Source: Octopus vulgaris (taxonomy: Eukaryota). From it: a DNA stretch of 64,000 nucleotides. Position numbers and translations under genes: made by a program. The notes beneath the pieces were generated by a model that made no database searches, had not been told where the DNA came from, and worked only from the letters and a program-made list of their open reading frames with translations. Location of the stretch: assembly GCA_951406725.2 (NCBI GenBank), contig OX597823.1:2666001-2730000 (forward strand), given 5' to 3'. Shown here piece after piece: positions 1-14,140 of the stretch. Each line of letters begins with the position of its first letter. Position 1 is the first letter of the stretch.

Positions 1-403
1 GGTGCGACTATGAAAGTTATCTAATCAGAGGCGGTAAATTCGCCACAATAGAAGCAAGGTTCGAGGGAGTACTCGACTCGAACTTGCAAAGTGGAAATGT
101 TTTATTTTTACCTTTATATCTGGGATGTAGGACGTCCCGGAAAAAATGTTTTAATCCCCCCCACCCCCGAAGTAGAGGTAGGCTGGATTGTAGCCACACT
201 TCTATACAAGAGGGAGGACAAGATACAATTAATCGAAATTATAAGAGACGGGCTAACAATTCCAGTCTGTTATATATTTTGAGTATTGTTATCACTAGCG
301 ATATCAAGATATAACTTTGTATTTTGTATTTTATGTGTAGATGTATATATATAGATGTACATGTAATATGTACATATATATATACATACACATATATACA
401 TGC

Positions 404-445
404 ACTAGCACTATGACCCGGCAACGACGGGTCTTTAATGCTAGT
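404..445. mobile_element. Helitron-like terminus (GC hairpin plus CTAG)
   Basis: GACCCG-gcaacga-CGGGTC hairpin (415-433) followed 7 nt later by CTAG-T (441-445). Confidence 0.55.
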
Positions 446-506
446 ATATATCTATATATTCATACATATAATATATGTATACAAATATAAATGAATATAA
501 ACATAT

Positions 507-1729
507 GTTAGTTAGTTAGTTAGTTAGTTAGTTAATTTGGCTGAAAAGCAAATAGCAAGGCCATGTAGGGGGACATGGAGTTAAGTACAGGGTGGTGTTC
601 ATGTAAAGAGTTCAGGCCACTTGAGGTCAAGGGAGGCTTTGAACAAAGCGGTCGTCGGCATCTTCACCATCTCGTCTGGCAGCTTGTTCCACGGATCCGC
701 AACCCGGACGGAGAAAGCTCCTCTCCTTCGATTGAGATGAAATCGTCGCAGGTAGAGCTTTTCGGAATGACCCCGCAGCCGACGCTCTGGAGCCGGAGTG
801 AAGAACAGCTCTTTCGAGAGTTTACACTTTCCGCTTATGATGTTGTGGGCGAGAATGAGATCACCACGGCGGCGGCGTTTTTCTAGAGAATAAAGGTCGA
901 GCGTCCTCAGCCATTCTTCATAGGAAAAACTTTTGAGACCATGAACCATGCGGGTAGCCAGCTTGTGGACTCTTTCGAGATACTGTATGTCTTTGAGGAG
1001 ATAAGGAGAAGAGGCTTGAATCCCGTACTCCAATATGGGTCTCACCAGCGTGACATAGAGTGGTAGGAATATGGCTGCTGTGAGCATTCCGAATGACCGT
1101 CGAATCAAGAACAGAATTCCACGTGCTTTGTTGGCAGCATGGACGCACTGGGCCGAAGGCGAAAAGGAGGAATCCACCAAGATACCCAGGTCCTTTACCT
1201 GATCGGTCCTCTCCAGCAGCAGACGACCCGGCTCGAAATCAAGTTGAGTTGCAGGAGGAGAGCCAACAGGCAGATGACAGCACTTTGACACGTTCAAACA
1301 CAGGTCCCATTCGTTAGACCACCTCTAAATTTGGTGGAGGCATCGACGAAGATCCTCTATATCACCGCGAGGAGCGACCAGTTTGACATCGTCGGCAAAT
1401 AGAAGGGTGTGTTGCGTGAGGTCGTCGGGCAAGTCATTTATGAAGACTAAGAACAATAAGGGCCCAAGCACTGAACCTTGAGGCACGCCACTGCTCGCAC
1501 TGGAGACGTCGGATCGCGAACCATTAACTTGGACTTGGAAGGAGCAATCTGAGAGGAAGGCACCAACCCATCGTACAATATCCGGATGGAAATTATATGC
1601 TTGAAGCTTGACAAGTAATAGGCGGTGGTTAACCGAGTCAAAAGCTTTGGCAAAGTCCAATAAAACGATGTCAACAGCATCACTATCATCGAGGATGCGC
1701 GTCACCAATTCTTCCATTACCAGTAACAT
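507..1729 (-). mobile_element. 5'-truncated CR1/L2-type LINE (RT and C-terminus, disrupted frame)
   Basis: LDFAKAFDSV, GVPQGSVLGPLLF, FADD and LRGH...FSVRV...WNKLP motifs; (TAAC)n 3' tail at 507-534. Confidence 0.9.
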
Positions 1730-2162
1730 ACAGTTAGAATATGGTTAGCATTGTATACATCCTAATACAAAGAAAATCAATTGTAATATCCAAAATAAAT
1801 AATTTTTATCTTTTCGTCAAAGCTGAAGTTAAGCCATAATAATTATGCTCTATGTTATATTAATATTAAAAATGTTCAACATAATGTATTTATATATGTA
1901 TATGGCGTATGGTATATCTATTTTATTTCATCGAATTGACCATGAAGGTCGTACATAGATAAATGTAGCTGCGGGCTGGACAGAAACATTAATGTGTATG
2001 AAAACGACAAAGATGGAAAAAAATAATAATAATGGGAGAGGTACTGGCGCCCGCCGACCGATAACCCCTCGAAATCATTGTTCAATTTAAATCAATATAA
2101 ATCAAAATTGTAATAAAAAAATTCAAAAATTAAAATTAAAAATTACAAAAATATATTTTTCA

Positions 2163-2763
2163 TTATTCTTCGTCTTCCTCATCCGGGCCCCCAAGTAAGC
2201 TTTCTGCCGCCTGCAGGAAAGCCTGCATCGGCAGGCCCGGACCGAGGGAAACAAAATCTTCTTTGTTACAGGTCTTCCTGGCCTCAATTAATACTTTCTG
2301 ATTTATGACCTCTGCAGCCACCTGCGGAGGCCAACTTGGATAGTCTATACAGGTCGAGTCATATCGCTTTCGGTCTAGTAGACTGTCCAAGTATAACTCC
2401 ACAGGCCCTCCCTCGAGACAGAGAATGACAACCTCTTCCTCACAGAGAGAGGTCTCATCCTGCTCTGTCAGTGGCACAGTTCCCACTGACAGAGCCTCTC
2501 GATCCGGTGGCACACTTCCCACCGGAGGAACATCGGGTTCGTTCGACGGCACAGCGACATCCACTGACCGTCTCCCGCTTTTCTTCTTCCTCTTTTTCTT
2601 CTTCTTTCGGTGCGGGAGTCGGGGCCTCCGTCGGCACATCCGAAGGGTCCTCCTCTTCTCCCGCAACATGCACGTCTCCTGGTGAGCAACCGCCGTTGCT
2701 CACCTTTCTCTTTCTTCTCGTTGAGGTCGACACCTCAACGACTTCCTCCGTTTCTCCCTGCAA
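2163..2763 (-). pseudogene. Frameshifted acidic/proline-rich ORF of unknown origin (possibly a transposon ORF1 remnant)
   Basis: Two overlapping ORFs (2455-2763, 2163-2669) join into a GC-rich coding-like segment in AT-rich flanks; no domain recognised. Confidence 0.3.
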
Positions 2764-2974
2764 TGGAAGAGCGGAGGACTGTAAGGGTTCGTTGGGTGGG
2801 TATTATATGTATCGGTGTGGGTAGAATGCCTTGTTTATTATTAGTGTGAGAGAGGGGAGCATTGAGGAGGGGATAATTCCTAGTGTATGGGAGGTTCTTG
2901 ATGGTTCTTGTCGGTGGGGGAGGGGTGTTAGAATGATTAAAGATCCAGGTTTTGGGGTGGGTCTTGTTTGAAAG

Positions 2975-4200
2975 GACGACGTTTCTGAATTCTGCAGAAA
3001 ACTTCGTTTAACAGAAGCTCTGACAGATCAAAAACAAAAGTAACTTCCTACCACCAAAAGGAAGAAATAAGGCACTGGACGATTTTTGCAAACACATCCA
3101 GAGTCTTCCCTTTACCCCAGGCAAAACCAAGGTAAAATCCAACTTCAGTAGGGAGGAATGGAAAAACCTACGTGACCTACAACTGGACAAAGACCTAACC
3201 ATCAAAGAAGCCGACAAAGGGAGTCCTGTGGTCCTTATGGACACGAAGTTTTATAAACACCTAGTGCTTTCCATGCTAAACAACAACAACACTTTCTATG
3301 AGGTTATTAACAACTATAAACAACAAAAAACAATCAAAAACCTCACCACACTCATACTCCAACTCGGTCAGGGACTCACAGAAAAAGAAAGGGATTATAT
3401 CACCAATTTCAAATGCAAGCCTAGCCTTTTTTATGGCCTTCCTAAAATCCATAAAAACAAATACATCACCGAAACCTGCAAACTCTCCTCTGACATCCAC
3501 ATCAACATCAAAGCACCGGAGGACCTAAAACTAAGGCTCATCGTGGCTGGCACCTCCTGTGAAACACACCGCTTGAGTAATTTCCTAGACATCCTTTTGA
3601 AACCTTTCCTTACTCACATCAAAAGTTTCATTAGGGATGATGTGGACATGCTCAAACACCTCAAGAAAACAGTTAACGAGGAGGCGCTCCTGGTGTCCTT
3701 TGATGTCATCAACCTCTACTCCAACATCCCACATAAATATGGTATTGAGGCAATTGATTTCTGGCTAGAGAAACACCCAGAGACATTCCCTGACCGCATT
3801 CACAAGACTTCATTACGGAATCACTCAAGTTCATTCAGACAAATAATTATTTCCTCTTCGATAACACACACTACCGTAAAAAATGTGGTATTGCGATGGG
3901 TACCAAGGCTGCACCAGTCCTTGGGAACCTCATAATGGGCTTCTTCGAACTATCACTGTATGAGATATCACGCCAGAAATTTGGACACGTTTTCCACATC
4001 TACCTAAAGGAAAACTGGAAAAGGTATTTGGATGATTGTTTCATCATATGGAAAGAATCTTATGAAAAGCTTCTGGAATTCAAAACCATACTGAACAACA
4101 TACATCTTAACATGCAATTCACTATGGAATTCAGCAAACATCATCTCCCTTTCTTTGATCTCCTAATTATAAAAACACCTAAGAACCAAATCATAACAGA

Positions 4201-4201
<1 letters not shown>
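2975..4201 (+). mobile_element. Penelope-like element reverse transcriptase, frameshifted, truncated at (ATT)n
   Basis: IKEADKGS, FYGLPKIHK, SFDVINLYSNIP, MGT and RYLDDCF motifs typical of PLE RT. Confidence 0.9.
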
Positions 4202-4292
<91 letters not shown>

Positions 4293-4316
4293 TTATTAAT
4301 ATTATTATTATTATTA
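4202..4316. repeat. (ATT)n microsatellite
   Basis: Direct inspection. Confidence 0.95.
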
Positions 4317-5129
4317 TATATGACATAACAATCTGAAATGAAATTACAAATTGGTTTATGTAAATTAATATAATTAGAAAACAATATAAATAAAGTGTTA
4401 AAATCTGAATGTCAAGTTAGCAAACAATTATATATAAAAAGATAATGCAAATGAAGCTAAAATGATAATTTTATAATTAAAGGTTTATTAATATCCTGTC
4501 TTACAAAAAATTTATAACCCCAATTGAAGAGCACAAAATCCACAGAGTTGTCTCTCCTTACTCACAGGAACTGGATGACTCCTACCCCATTTCCTGTTTT
4601 GACATTCATTTAGCAAACATCCTAAATTAAACACCACATGGATTTAATCACGTGGATCTCAATCCTCCAAGGGAATTTTCCCAAGTTCTATCATTGAACT
4701 CCAGATACACAAACACTTTACAATGTATCGGTGTACCTATTTTTTAATTTTTGTATATGTTTATTATTTTTTTGCAAAAAACAATGTAATTTTCTTTTTT
4801 CCCCCTCCTCAATCATAAAAAAATTCTTTTCACCTTACAATTCTTGAAAAGTCGCAATGCGACGACAACCGGTTAGAGTTAATATATTAAAGAAAAAAAT
4901 TTTTTTTAATTTTCCATACACCCATTTTCACTAAAATTTACCTTCAATTCTGCCTCTTTATAATTCTGCCTTTTTATAATTTTTCCTTGCCTATCATTTC
5001 TCCACGTGTGGTCAACACCACCCCACCATTTACTGTTATATATATAGTTATTATTATCTGAGGGAATATTATTCCTAACTTAGAGGAAAAATTCAATTTA
5101 GAAATACTAAATCAAATTTCACAAAATAT

Positions 5130-5178
<49 letters not shown>

Positions 5179-5338
5179 TAAGATAAAAACACCTTTTATC
5201 GATTCAAAATGAACAATTAAATTACAACATCTAGAAAATTACATATAATGGAAATATTAAAATTAAAATAACAATAATCTACTGAATATTAAGTAAATTA
5301 CAAAAAAATAATAATGATAACGTATATATTAGGTAGAA

Positions 5339-5427
5339 TAACGACACGTGTTTCGTGGCTATATTTAAGAAATGATTATAGAAGTAGTAAAATCACATCG
5401 ATATAAATATAGCTACTCATCAGGTTA
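5339..5427 (-). ncRNA. Minimal type I hammerhead ribozyme (PLE-associated)
   Basis: TAAC-CTGATGA-stem II GTAGCTATATTTA/TAAATATAGCCAC-GAAACACGTGTC-GTTA; palindromic stem III ACACGTGT; GUC site. Confidence 0.8.
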
Positions 5428-5481
5428 AAAATAAACAAGAATAATAAAATAATTAATTAATAAATATACTTTAAAATCTCC

Positions 5482-5530
<49 letters not shown>

Positions 5531-6690
5531 GACACTAAATATACATTAAAATTAATTAATATACACAATGTTTGTACAAACCATTAATATTGCAATCAAA
5601 ATAAGAAATGGTTCAAATATAGACAAACTCATTAAATAAGCTAACTATATAACCAACAAATGATTTTCTTCATTTTATTTAAAATATTAATATAATATAT
5701 AATAGAATAGTAAAATATACTCGAATACTATTAAATAATATCTACAATAAATAAATAAACCACATAAGATTGAATAAGTTTTAATATATACAAAAGATAA
5801 GTTAAATGTAATATATAGGTACATAAAATTATTATAGCATTAAATTTAAATGACTATTTACTATAAATTAAAAGTCTACATAATAAGTAGTTAAATCAAA
5901 TATATATTATTATGTTGGAATTGATTTATATTATTATAATAAATATTTAAAAATAATATAATTATTTATTTATTAGCTAAATCTATTGTAAAGGTACTTT
6001 AATTATTATTTACATTTAATTTTACGTTCGTCCAAAATTTACCAGCGCATAATTGTTATTAAATAATATTTCCTTAATTTCGTTATTACAACGAGAACAA
6101 TTATTACTCCCTATAGTATATGATTTAGCCCAACAAATAATATCCCAATTTAATTTATATTTAATAGATCTTGATTTAAGGTCCCAGATATATTTACTGA
6201 GACTTGTTGAATTTATAAGATTTTTAATCCTAAAAGAATACATATATTGAGAAATTCTAGATATCATTTTATTCGAAGTGGACCCTATATAAATAGTATT
6301 TAAATAGCGATTATTCAAATTCTTATCATCTATTATAGTTACCATTCACCTATAGACTACATTATCTAATTTACAATAATTGTTAAAATTACATATGGAC
6401 TTATCCCTACACGTACAATAAATTAAATCTTTATTATTAATATTGGAATCAATATTTAATCTATATTTATAGAATTTTTTTAATTTAAAAATATTACATG
6501 AAGAAATAATATTGCCAATATTATTAGTAGTTGAATAACCAACATCAAAAGTATCTTTAGAAAAAATATTATAATATCTTTTATTATCCCTAATAAATAC
6601 TTCAATTATATTTACAATCTCTTTAATGAGATTTTTTTAACCTGAGCCCAAAAGGAATGATTAACCAAATTTTATTTTTATTTAAATCTT
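5339..6690 (-). mobile_element. Very AT-rich Penelope-like remnant (GIY-YIG endonuclease and 3' region)
   Basis: ORF 6022-6345: IYIGST...STSLSKYIWDLK...W.I....CSRC..E; hammerhead motif downstream. Confidence 0.75.
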
Positions 6691-6692
6691 TT

Positions 6693-6693
6693 A

Positions 6694-6777
<84 letters not shown>

Positions 6778-6960
6778 CATTATGATTATTATTATCATTA
6801 TAATTATTATTATTAATATAATTATTATTATTATTATTTTTATTTTTATTATTATTATTATCATTATTATTATTATTGTTATTATAATTATTATCATTAT
6901 CATTATAATTATAATAACTATCATTATTATAACTATAATTATTTGTGATAGTATTAAATT
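6693..6960. repeat. (ATT)n degenerate microsatellite
   Basis: Direct inspection. Confidence 0.95.
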
Positions 6961-7229
6961 TATTATCTTCATTAATTGAATTAAATTTTTTTTATTTTAA
7001 TTTTTATTACTATTCTTTTATTTTTTATTTTAATACTAAATTTAGGCTTTACATCATCAAAAGTCCTACTATTATTAAGACGATAAATAACTAAATAAAA
7101 TTTATCATAATTCAGATAATTAGGTTTATCATTATAAAAATCATTAAAACTATAATCTTTTAAGTTATAATTATGTTTAAGAATGTTAAATATAAATATA
7201 TATATATATATCTGGGGAGGGGGTGCCTG

Positions 7230-7465
7230 TCTATCTGTCTCTGTTTATCTCCACCTCTCATCGATAGATAACTGAAGCTGATGTGCTTACATCCCTGTCA
7301 CGTAGCGGTTCGCCAAAAGAATCTGTTGGAATAAGTACTATGCTTACCAAGAATAAGTCTTGGCGTCGATTTGTTCGCCTATGTGTGGTGCCTCAGCATG
7401 GCCGTAGTCAAGTTACTGAGAAAAGTAAAAGAATAAAAGAATATATTCACACACACACACGCACA

Positions 7466-7557
<92 letters not shown>

Positions 7558-7844
7558 TAGATAAACTTAGATATGTTTCGACCAGAGATTGGTCCAGGCC
7601 ATGTCTAACTTAATAGCACCACATGTATATATTTGTATTTTTGTCTGTGTGTTTGTCCCCCACCTTCACTTCAGAACCGGTGTTGGTGTTTCTACTTCTC
7701 CGTAACCTAGCGGTTCCGCTAAACAGATCGAGAGAATAAGAACTAGGCCTACGGAGAATAAGTTATGGGGTCTATTTCTTCGTCTAAAAGCAGTGCTCCT
7801 GCAAGGCCGCAGTCCGTAATTGCAATAACTGAAACACATAAAGG

Positions 7845-7850
<6 letters not shown>
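7230..7850 (+). mobile_element. Two 3' fragments of CORE-like tRNA SINE (family A) separated by (CA)n/(TA)n
   Basis: tagcggttc...gaataag...gtgc..cagcatggccg..g tail shared with fuller copies at 41900 and 46843. Confidence 0.7.
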
Positions 7851-7903
<53 letters not shown>

Positions 7904-9366
7904 ACACATACAATGGCGTCATTGTTACTGAAATCTTTATATTGATAAACAGGCAAGGAATGTGTGCATACACCCACCCACACACAATGGCTTCGTTGTT
8001 ACGGAGATCTTTATATTGATAGATCTAAAGATCTCGTTGCATTTGCAAACAGTATAGCTTTCACTAATCAGGAAGGCTAAACTCTGGAGCTTGACGTTCT
8101 GATTGGACCAAGTGGTGTCCTGGTTGTGCATCAAGCATCAGGTTTAAATTTTATTCATGCTTTATTATTTTTGTTTGTTTGTTACTTTGGTCTACGTGTT
8201 TTTCAAATCTGGGCTTCGTTTCCGGCCTAGGGTTATACAATTTCTGCATATTTTCTTTATGAAACTTTACTGCTTTTATTCGTTCCTTTTTTGTTTTTTC
8301 TTTTTCGTTTTGCTCTCTTCTGTTTTCTATTTTTTATTTTCAAATCTCTTATTCTCTTTGTTTTTGTTCTTTGTTTTTTGTTTTTAACCTCACACACACT
8401 TAATCGGTTGAATGGAACTTCTCACAGCATCTTCCGTTTCACTTTCCGTACCAACTTTCATTCCTGCAATTTATACTATTTCCAGATTAACGTTCTGCTA
8501 GAAAACAAAGACGAATTCTCAGAAATTCATTGTCTTCAGCTCCCTATCTTCTCAGATTCTCACACATAAACTGCACTGAACTTTATATATTTTTCATTGG
8601 CTTTCGTAATTTTATTCACAGTTCTTATTCACATGAAACCTCTTATGATTCTATCAATAAATATTTATGAAAACCCCTCTTTCCTGACGGATGGTTGCGG
8701 TCAGCTAAATGTCGTAATCTCTCCGTTTTGTAATCAAATAGAGGAGATTCAATTCAAGGGAGACATGTTTTAGTTTCAAATATTTTTGACTTGCAAATTG
8801 TTGCATGGAATCCCTTCTCGATGCCACTTACCCTAAAACGCATGGATTAAATCAACTCTTCCGTCTTCTTCACTAAGCCTTTCACATAACTAAATCTTTC
8901 TTGGTGGAATTTGAATATTTAAACTGAATATAGGACTAGATATTCATATGAGACGCTTGATAGCTTTCCTCTTTGTAGACAGCGTTGTATAATTAAGGAG
9001 CGCAGAATAACTCGGGCAATACTACATTCCGTGTGTCCTCCTATCGAAATAGAAGCGTCGGGTGGCTGTCATGATACACGGATAGTCTTGGACATTCAAA
9101 CCATGCTGGTTCTTGTGTTTCGCGTGCTCTGAAAGAAACAGAATCCTTGCAGTGAGGAAGAAAAGGAGGCAGTGAGATGAGAATCGGCACAAAGAAGGGA
9201 ATTAGTAATTTATCGATAATGAAACAGCGAAAGGCATAAGTGGCCTGAGAGATGAGATTCGGACAAGAATGTAGAGAAAAGGAAAGACTACACAAGAAAT
9301 TCTGTTGCATGCCAATCCGATGCCAATATTTGCTAATAGTAATGGTGCAATGGAACATAACATATA

Positions 9367-9505
9367 TAGCGGGGTCACTAGCAAAGCTGGCGTGGGGCGG
9401 TAGGTGTGGTCCGCCAGGGCGGCACTTTTAAAGGGGTCTGGATGCGGCAAACGTAGGGGCCACCCCGGGCGGCACACATTCTGGCTCCTTTAGTGAGCAC
9501 GGTGT
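9367..9505. mobile_element. Short GC-rich MITE-like element
   Basis: Imperfect terminal inverted repeats agcggggtcacta / tagtgagcacggt around a GC-rich core in AT-rich flanks. Confidence 0.35.
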
Positions 9506-9944
9506 ATACATTTCTTTTATATAATAGTAATGGAAGCACTTGAGTGGAGAAAGTATCCCGTGCTCCGTGTGGCAGAACTGATCCAAATAAAGCGGTAATT
9601 ACGAAAGGTCTGTATTTCTAGGAACAATGGAGGCAGTTCTGAGGAACTGGCTCCGAAAAATCGTTTGCCGTGTGTTGGGAGAAACTGTTGGAATGTTTCG
9701 ACTCACTCGCATAGGAAAGAATTTTTGTGAGAGAAGCGCAACTATTTTTATAGACACAAAAATCAATAATAATTTATAAGCTAGGCAAAGAATGCCTACA
9801 GAAATAAACACACATGGGGAGCGCCCTGTATTGAGCCTCTTTATGTCGAAGCATCTGCAGACGTATGACAAGTGGTGAAACCTCATTTCACTATGGCAAT
9901 ATGAAATGGAAATATTTATCGACTTCCTACACACTCAGTAATAA

Positions 9945-12110
9945 GACTCATGCTCTCAGGAACGACTCATTGCAAACAAACACAGGTGGAGTCACCTGCT
10001 CTACCTCACCAATGCCCTAGTCATGGAACAAGTTGTACTCAGACCAACTAGGGAAAATAACATTTTGGATCTCTGCTTCACAAACAATATAGACATCATT
10101 CATGATGTGAAAGTAACGCCAACATTAATCTCGGATCACAACATAATAGAGCTTTCTATGTTTGGGCCGAAAGTAGCCAGAGGCATACAGCCAAAAGGAA
10201 GCACCCAAAATCTCTCCAATCGGAACTTCCACAAAGTAGACTGGAAACCGATCCAAAAAGAGATCCGCAGACAGGACTGTCCGAAATGTCTCTCCACACC
10301 AGACATTGGCATGAAACTAGGGTATTTCATGTCTGTTATGCAAGCCATATGCCAGAAGTATGTTCCAGAGCACAAGGCCACAACAAATAGGAACAAGATT
10401 CCAAAGAAGAGGAAGATTCTCATGAGACGACGGACGAAGGTTGCAATTCGCCTCAACCAACATGCCAAAATTAGTGAAAGGTCCCGCCTAAAAACAACAC
10501 TGATGTAGATTGGAAAAAGCTTGCAACAATTTTATGAGAGGGAGAGAGCAGACAAAGAAGCCTGGTTTAGTAAAAACATTAAGTGAAATCCAAAGGCCTT
10601 CTTTCATTACGCCACAGAAACAGCATCAATACACCTCAAGATAGGATCCCTCTTCCAAAAGGATGGCACCCTCACAGATAGCCCAACCAGGATCAGTGAG
10701 GTACTGAATGACCAGTTCAAAAATGTCTTTATCACTCCGTTGGAACACAGACAAGTGAATTAACCGGTGGACTTTTTTTGCCGCCTCACCTATAACCAGC
10801 GAGGCAATTACGATGGAATACATCGACATTAGCGAAGAAGATTTACTAACCATAGATGAAGTGGACGCAAACTCAACGGATGGTCCTGATGGTTTACCAG
10901 CAATCCTCCTCAAATCGTGTAAGCATGCCCTGGCAAAACCCCTCCAGATTTTCTTCCAGAGCTTTCTTGCAAATGGCAGACTGCCAAACAAGCTGAAGAA
11001 GGTAATAATATGCCCAGTCAATAAAGGAAGCAGAGCAGATGCCAAAAGCTATTGGCATATCTCTCTGACTTCACACATCAGCAAAGTCATGGAACAGATC
11101 GTCAGAGGGAAACCAATTGCACACCTTGAAGAAAATAATTTGTTGAGTGATACCCAGCATGACTTTCGAACAGGTAGGAGCTTCCAGACCCAGCTCTTAC
11201 AACCTTATGACCTGTTCGAAAGGGCTGAGGATAATAATATGCAGTTAAATGCTGAAAAATTCCAAGCCCTGCGCTACCAGCGTCCAAAACTGAATATGGA
11301 ACTTACTGGGTACACTGGTCCACAGGGAATTTTAATCCCAGAGCCTAAGTCAATGAAGGACCTGGGTATCGACATGTGTGATGATACCGCTTTTCAAGTG
11401 CACATTACCAGGATGGTGACAAAGTGCAGACGACTGACTCGATGGATCCTGAGAATATTCAGAACGAGCGAGAAGGAAAGCATGATGGTCCTCTGGAGGA
11501 CATTCTTCCCCAGCCGCATGGATTACTGCTTCCAGCTATGGTCACTCAACAGTGTAAAATTAAAAGCCGGCCTTGAAGCAATCCAGCGAAGCTTCACAAA
11601 GAAGATCGTCTCATTGCAACAGCTCAGCTAATTGGAAAGGCTGCAACAGCTAAGACTCTACTCCCTGAAGCGAAGGCGGGAGAGGTATGCAGTAATATAT
11701 ACATCTGGAAGATCCTGGAAGGAATTGTGCCAAATTTTGGCATTGGAAGCTACATCAATGCAAGGAACGGGTCGACACTGCACACTGCCAAATATCCCAG
11801 CAATGCCAAAACGCTTCAGGACCAGTTACTGCAACAACCTGTGTTTCGGGGGCACACACTTTTTTAATATTCTCCCAAAGAGCCTGAGAAATCTGCACAA
11901 AGTAGATATAGGTGTTTTTCAATCAAAGCTGGACGTCTTCCTGTCGAGAGTCCCAGATAAACGTACCTCAAGGCATGCGGTGCAAATAAGGGTAGCTATA
12001 TCAAACTCCATTCTACACCAAGTGGCATATATTAGAGGAGGTTCTCAGTAATCAGTGTAGCAAAACAACGGTGCTCCAACATGGCCACAGCAATGACCTG
12101 AAACTATAAA
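9945..12110 (+). mobile_element. CR1-like LINE, decayed (APE end, partial RT with internal deletion, C-terminus, 3' tail)
   Basis: PTRENNILDLCFTN...SDHN, GPDG, ISLTS...KVME and LYSLKRRRERY motifs; tail ggtgctccaacatggccacag...gaaac. Confidence 0.9.
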
Positions 12111-12114
12111 ATTG

Positions 12115-12122
12115 TATGTACG

Positions 12123-12215
<93 letters not shown>

Positions 12216-14107
12216 ATGTATATATATAAGTATGTATGTATGTATGTATGTATGTATGTATGTATGTATGTATGTATGTACGTACGTATGTATGTATGTA
12301 TGCATGCATGCATGTATGTATGTATGTATGTATGTATGTATGTATGTATGTATGTATGCATGTAAGTATGTATGTATGTATGCATGCATGTATGTATGTA
12401 TGTATGTATGCATCTATGTATGTATGTATGCATGTATGTATGTATGTATGTATGTATGTATGTATGTATGTATGCATATATGTATGTATGTATGTATGTA
12501 TGCATGTATGCATGCATGTATGTATGTATGTATATATGTATGTATGTATGTATGCATGCATTCATGTATGTATGTATGTATGTATGCATGCATGTATGTA
12601 TGTATGTATGTATGTATGTATGTATGCATGCATGTATGTATGTATGTATGTATGTATGTATGTATGTATGCATGCACGTATGTATGTATGTATGTATGTA
12701 TGTATGTATGTATGCATGTATGTATGTATGTATGTATGTATGCATGCATGCATGCATGCACGTATGTATGTATGTATGTATGTATGCATGTATGTATGTA
12801 TGCATGTATGTATGTATGTATGTATGCATGCATGCATGTATGTATGTATGCATGCATGCATGCATGCATGCATGTATGTATGTATGTATGTATGTATGCA
12901 TGTATGTATGTATGCATGTATGTATGTATGTATGTATGCATGCATGCATGCATGTATGCATGCATGCATGTATGTATGTATGTATGTATGTATGTATGTA
13001 TGTATGTATGTATGTATGTATGCATGCATGTATGTATGTATGTATGTATGTATGCATGTATGTATGTATGTATGTATGTATGTATGCATGTATGTATGTA
13101 TGTATGTATGTATGCATGCATGTATGTATGTATGCATGCATGCATGCATGCATGCATGTATGTATGTATGTATGTATGTATGTATGTATGTATGCATGTA
13201 TGTATGTACGTATGTATGTATGCATGCATGTATGTATGTATGTATGTATGTATGCATGCATGCATGTATGTATGTATGTATGTATGTATGTATGTATGTA
13301 TGTATATATGCATGCGTGCATGCATGCATGTATGTATGTATGTATGTATGCATGTATGTATGTATGCATGCATGCATGTATGGATGCATGTATGTATGTA
13401 TGTATGTATGTATGTATGCATGCATGTATGTATGTATGTATGTATGTATGTATGTATGCATGTATGTATGTATGTATGTATGCATGCATGTATGTATGTA
13501 TGTATGTATGTATGTATGTATGCATGCATGTATGTATGTATGTATGTATGCATGCATGTATGTATGTATGTATGTATGCATGCATGTATGGATGCATGTA
13601 TGTATGTATGTATGCATGCATGTATGCATGCATGTATGTATGTATGCATGCATGTATGTATGTATGTATGTATGTATGTATGCATGCATGCATGTATGTA
13701 TGTATGTATGTATGTATGTATGTATGTATGTATGTACGTACGTATGTATGTATGTATGCATGCATGCATGTATGTATGTATGTATGTACGTATGTATGTA
13801 TGTATGTATGTATGTATGTATGTATGCATATATGTATGTAAGTATGTATGTATGTATGCATGCATGTATGTATGTATGTATGTATGCATCTATGTATGTA
13901 TGTATGCATGTATGTATGTATGTATGTATGTATGTATGTATGTATGCATATATGTATGTATGTATGTATGTATGCATGTATGCATGCATGTATGTATGTA
14001 TGTATATATGTATGTATGTATGTATGCATGCATGCATGTATGTATGTATGTATGTATGTATGTATGCATGCATGTATGTATGAATGTATGTATGTATGTA
14101 TGCATGC

Positions 14108-14140
<33 letters not shown>

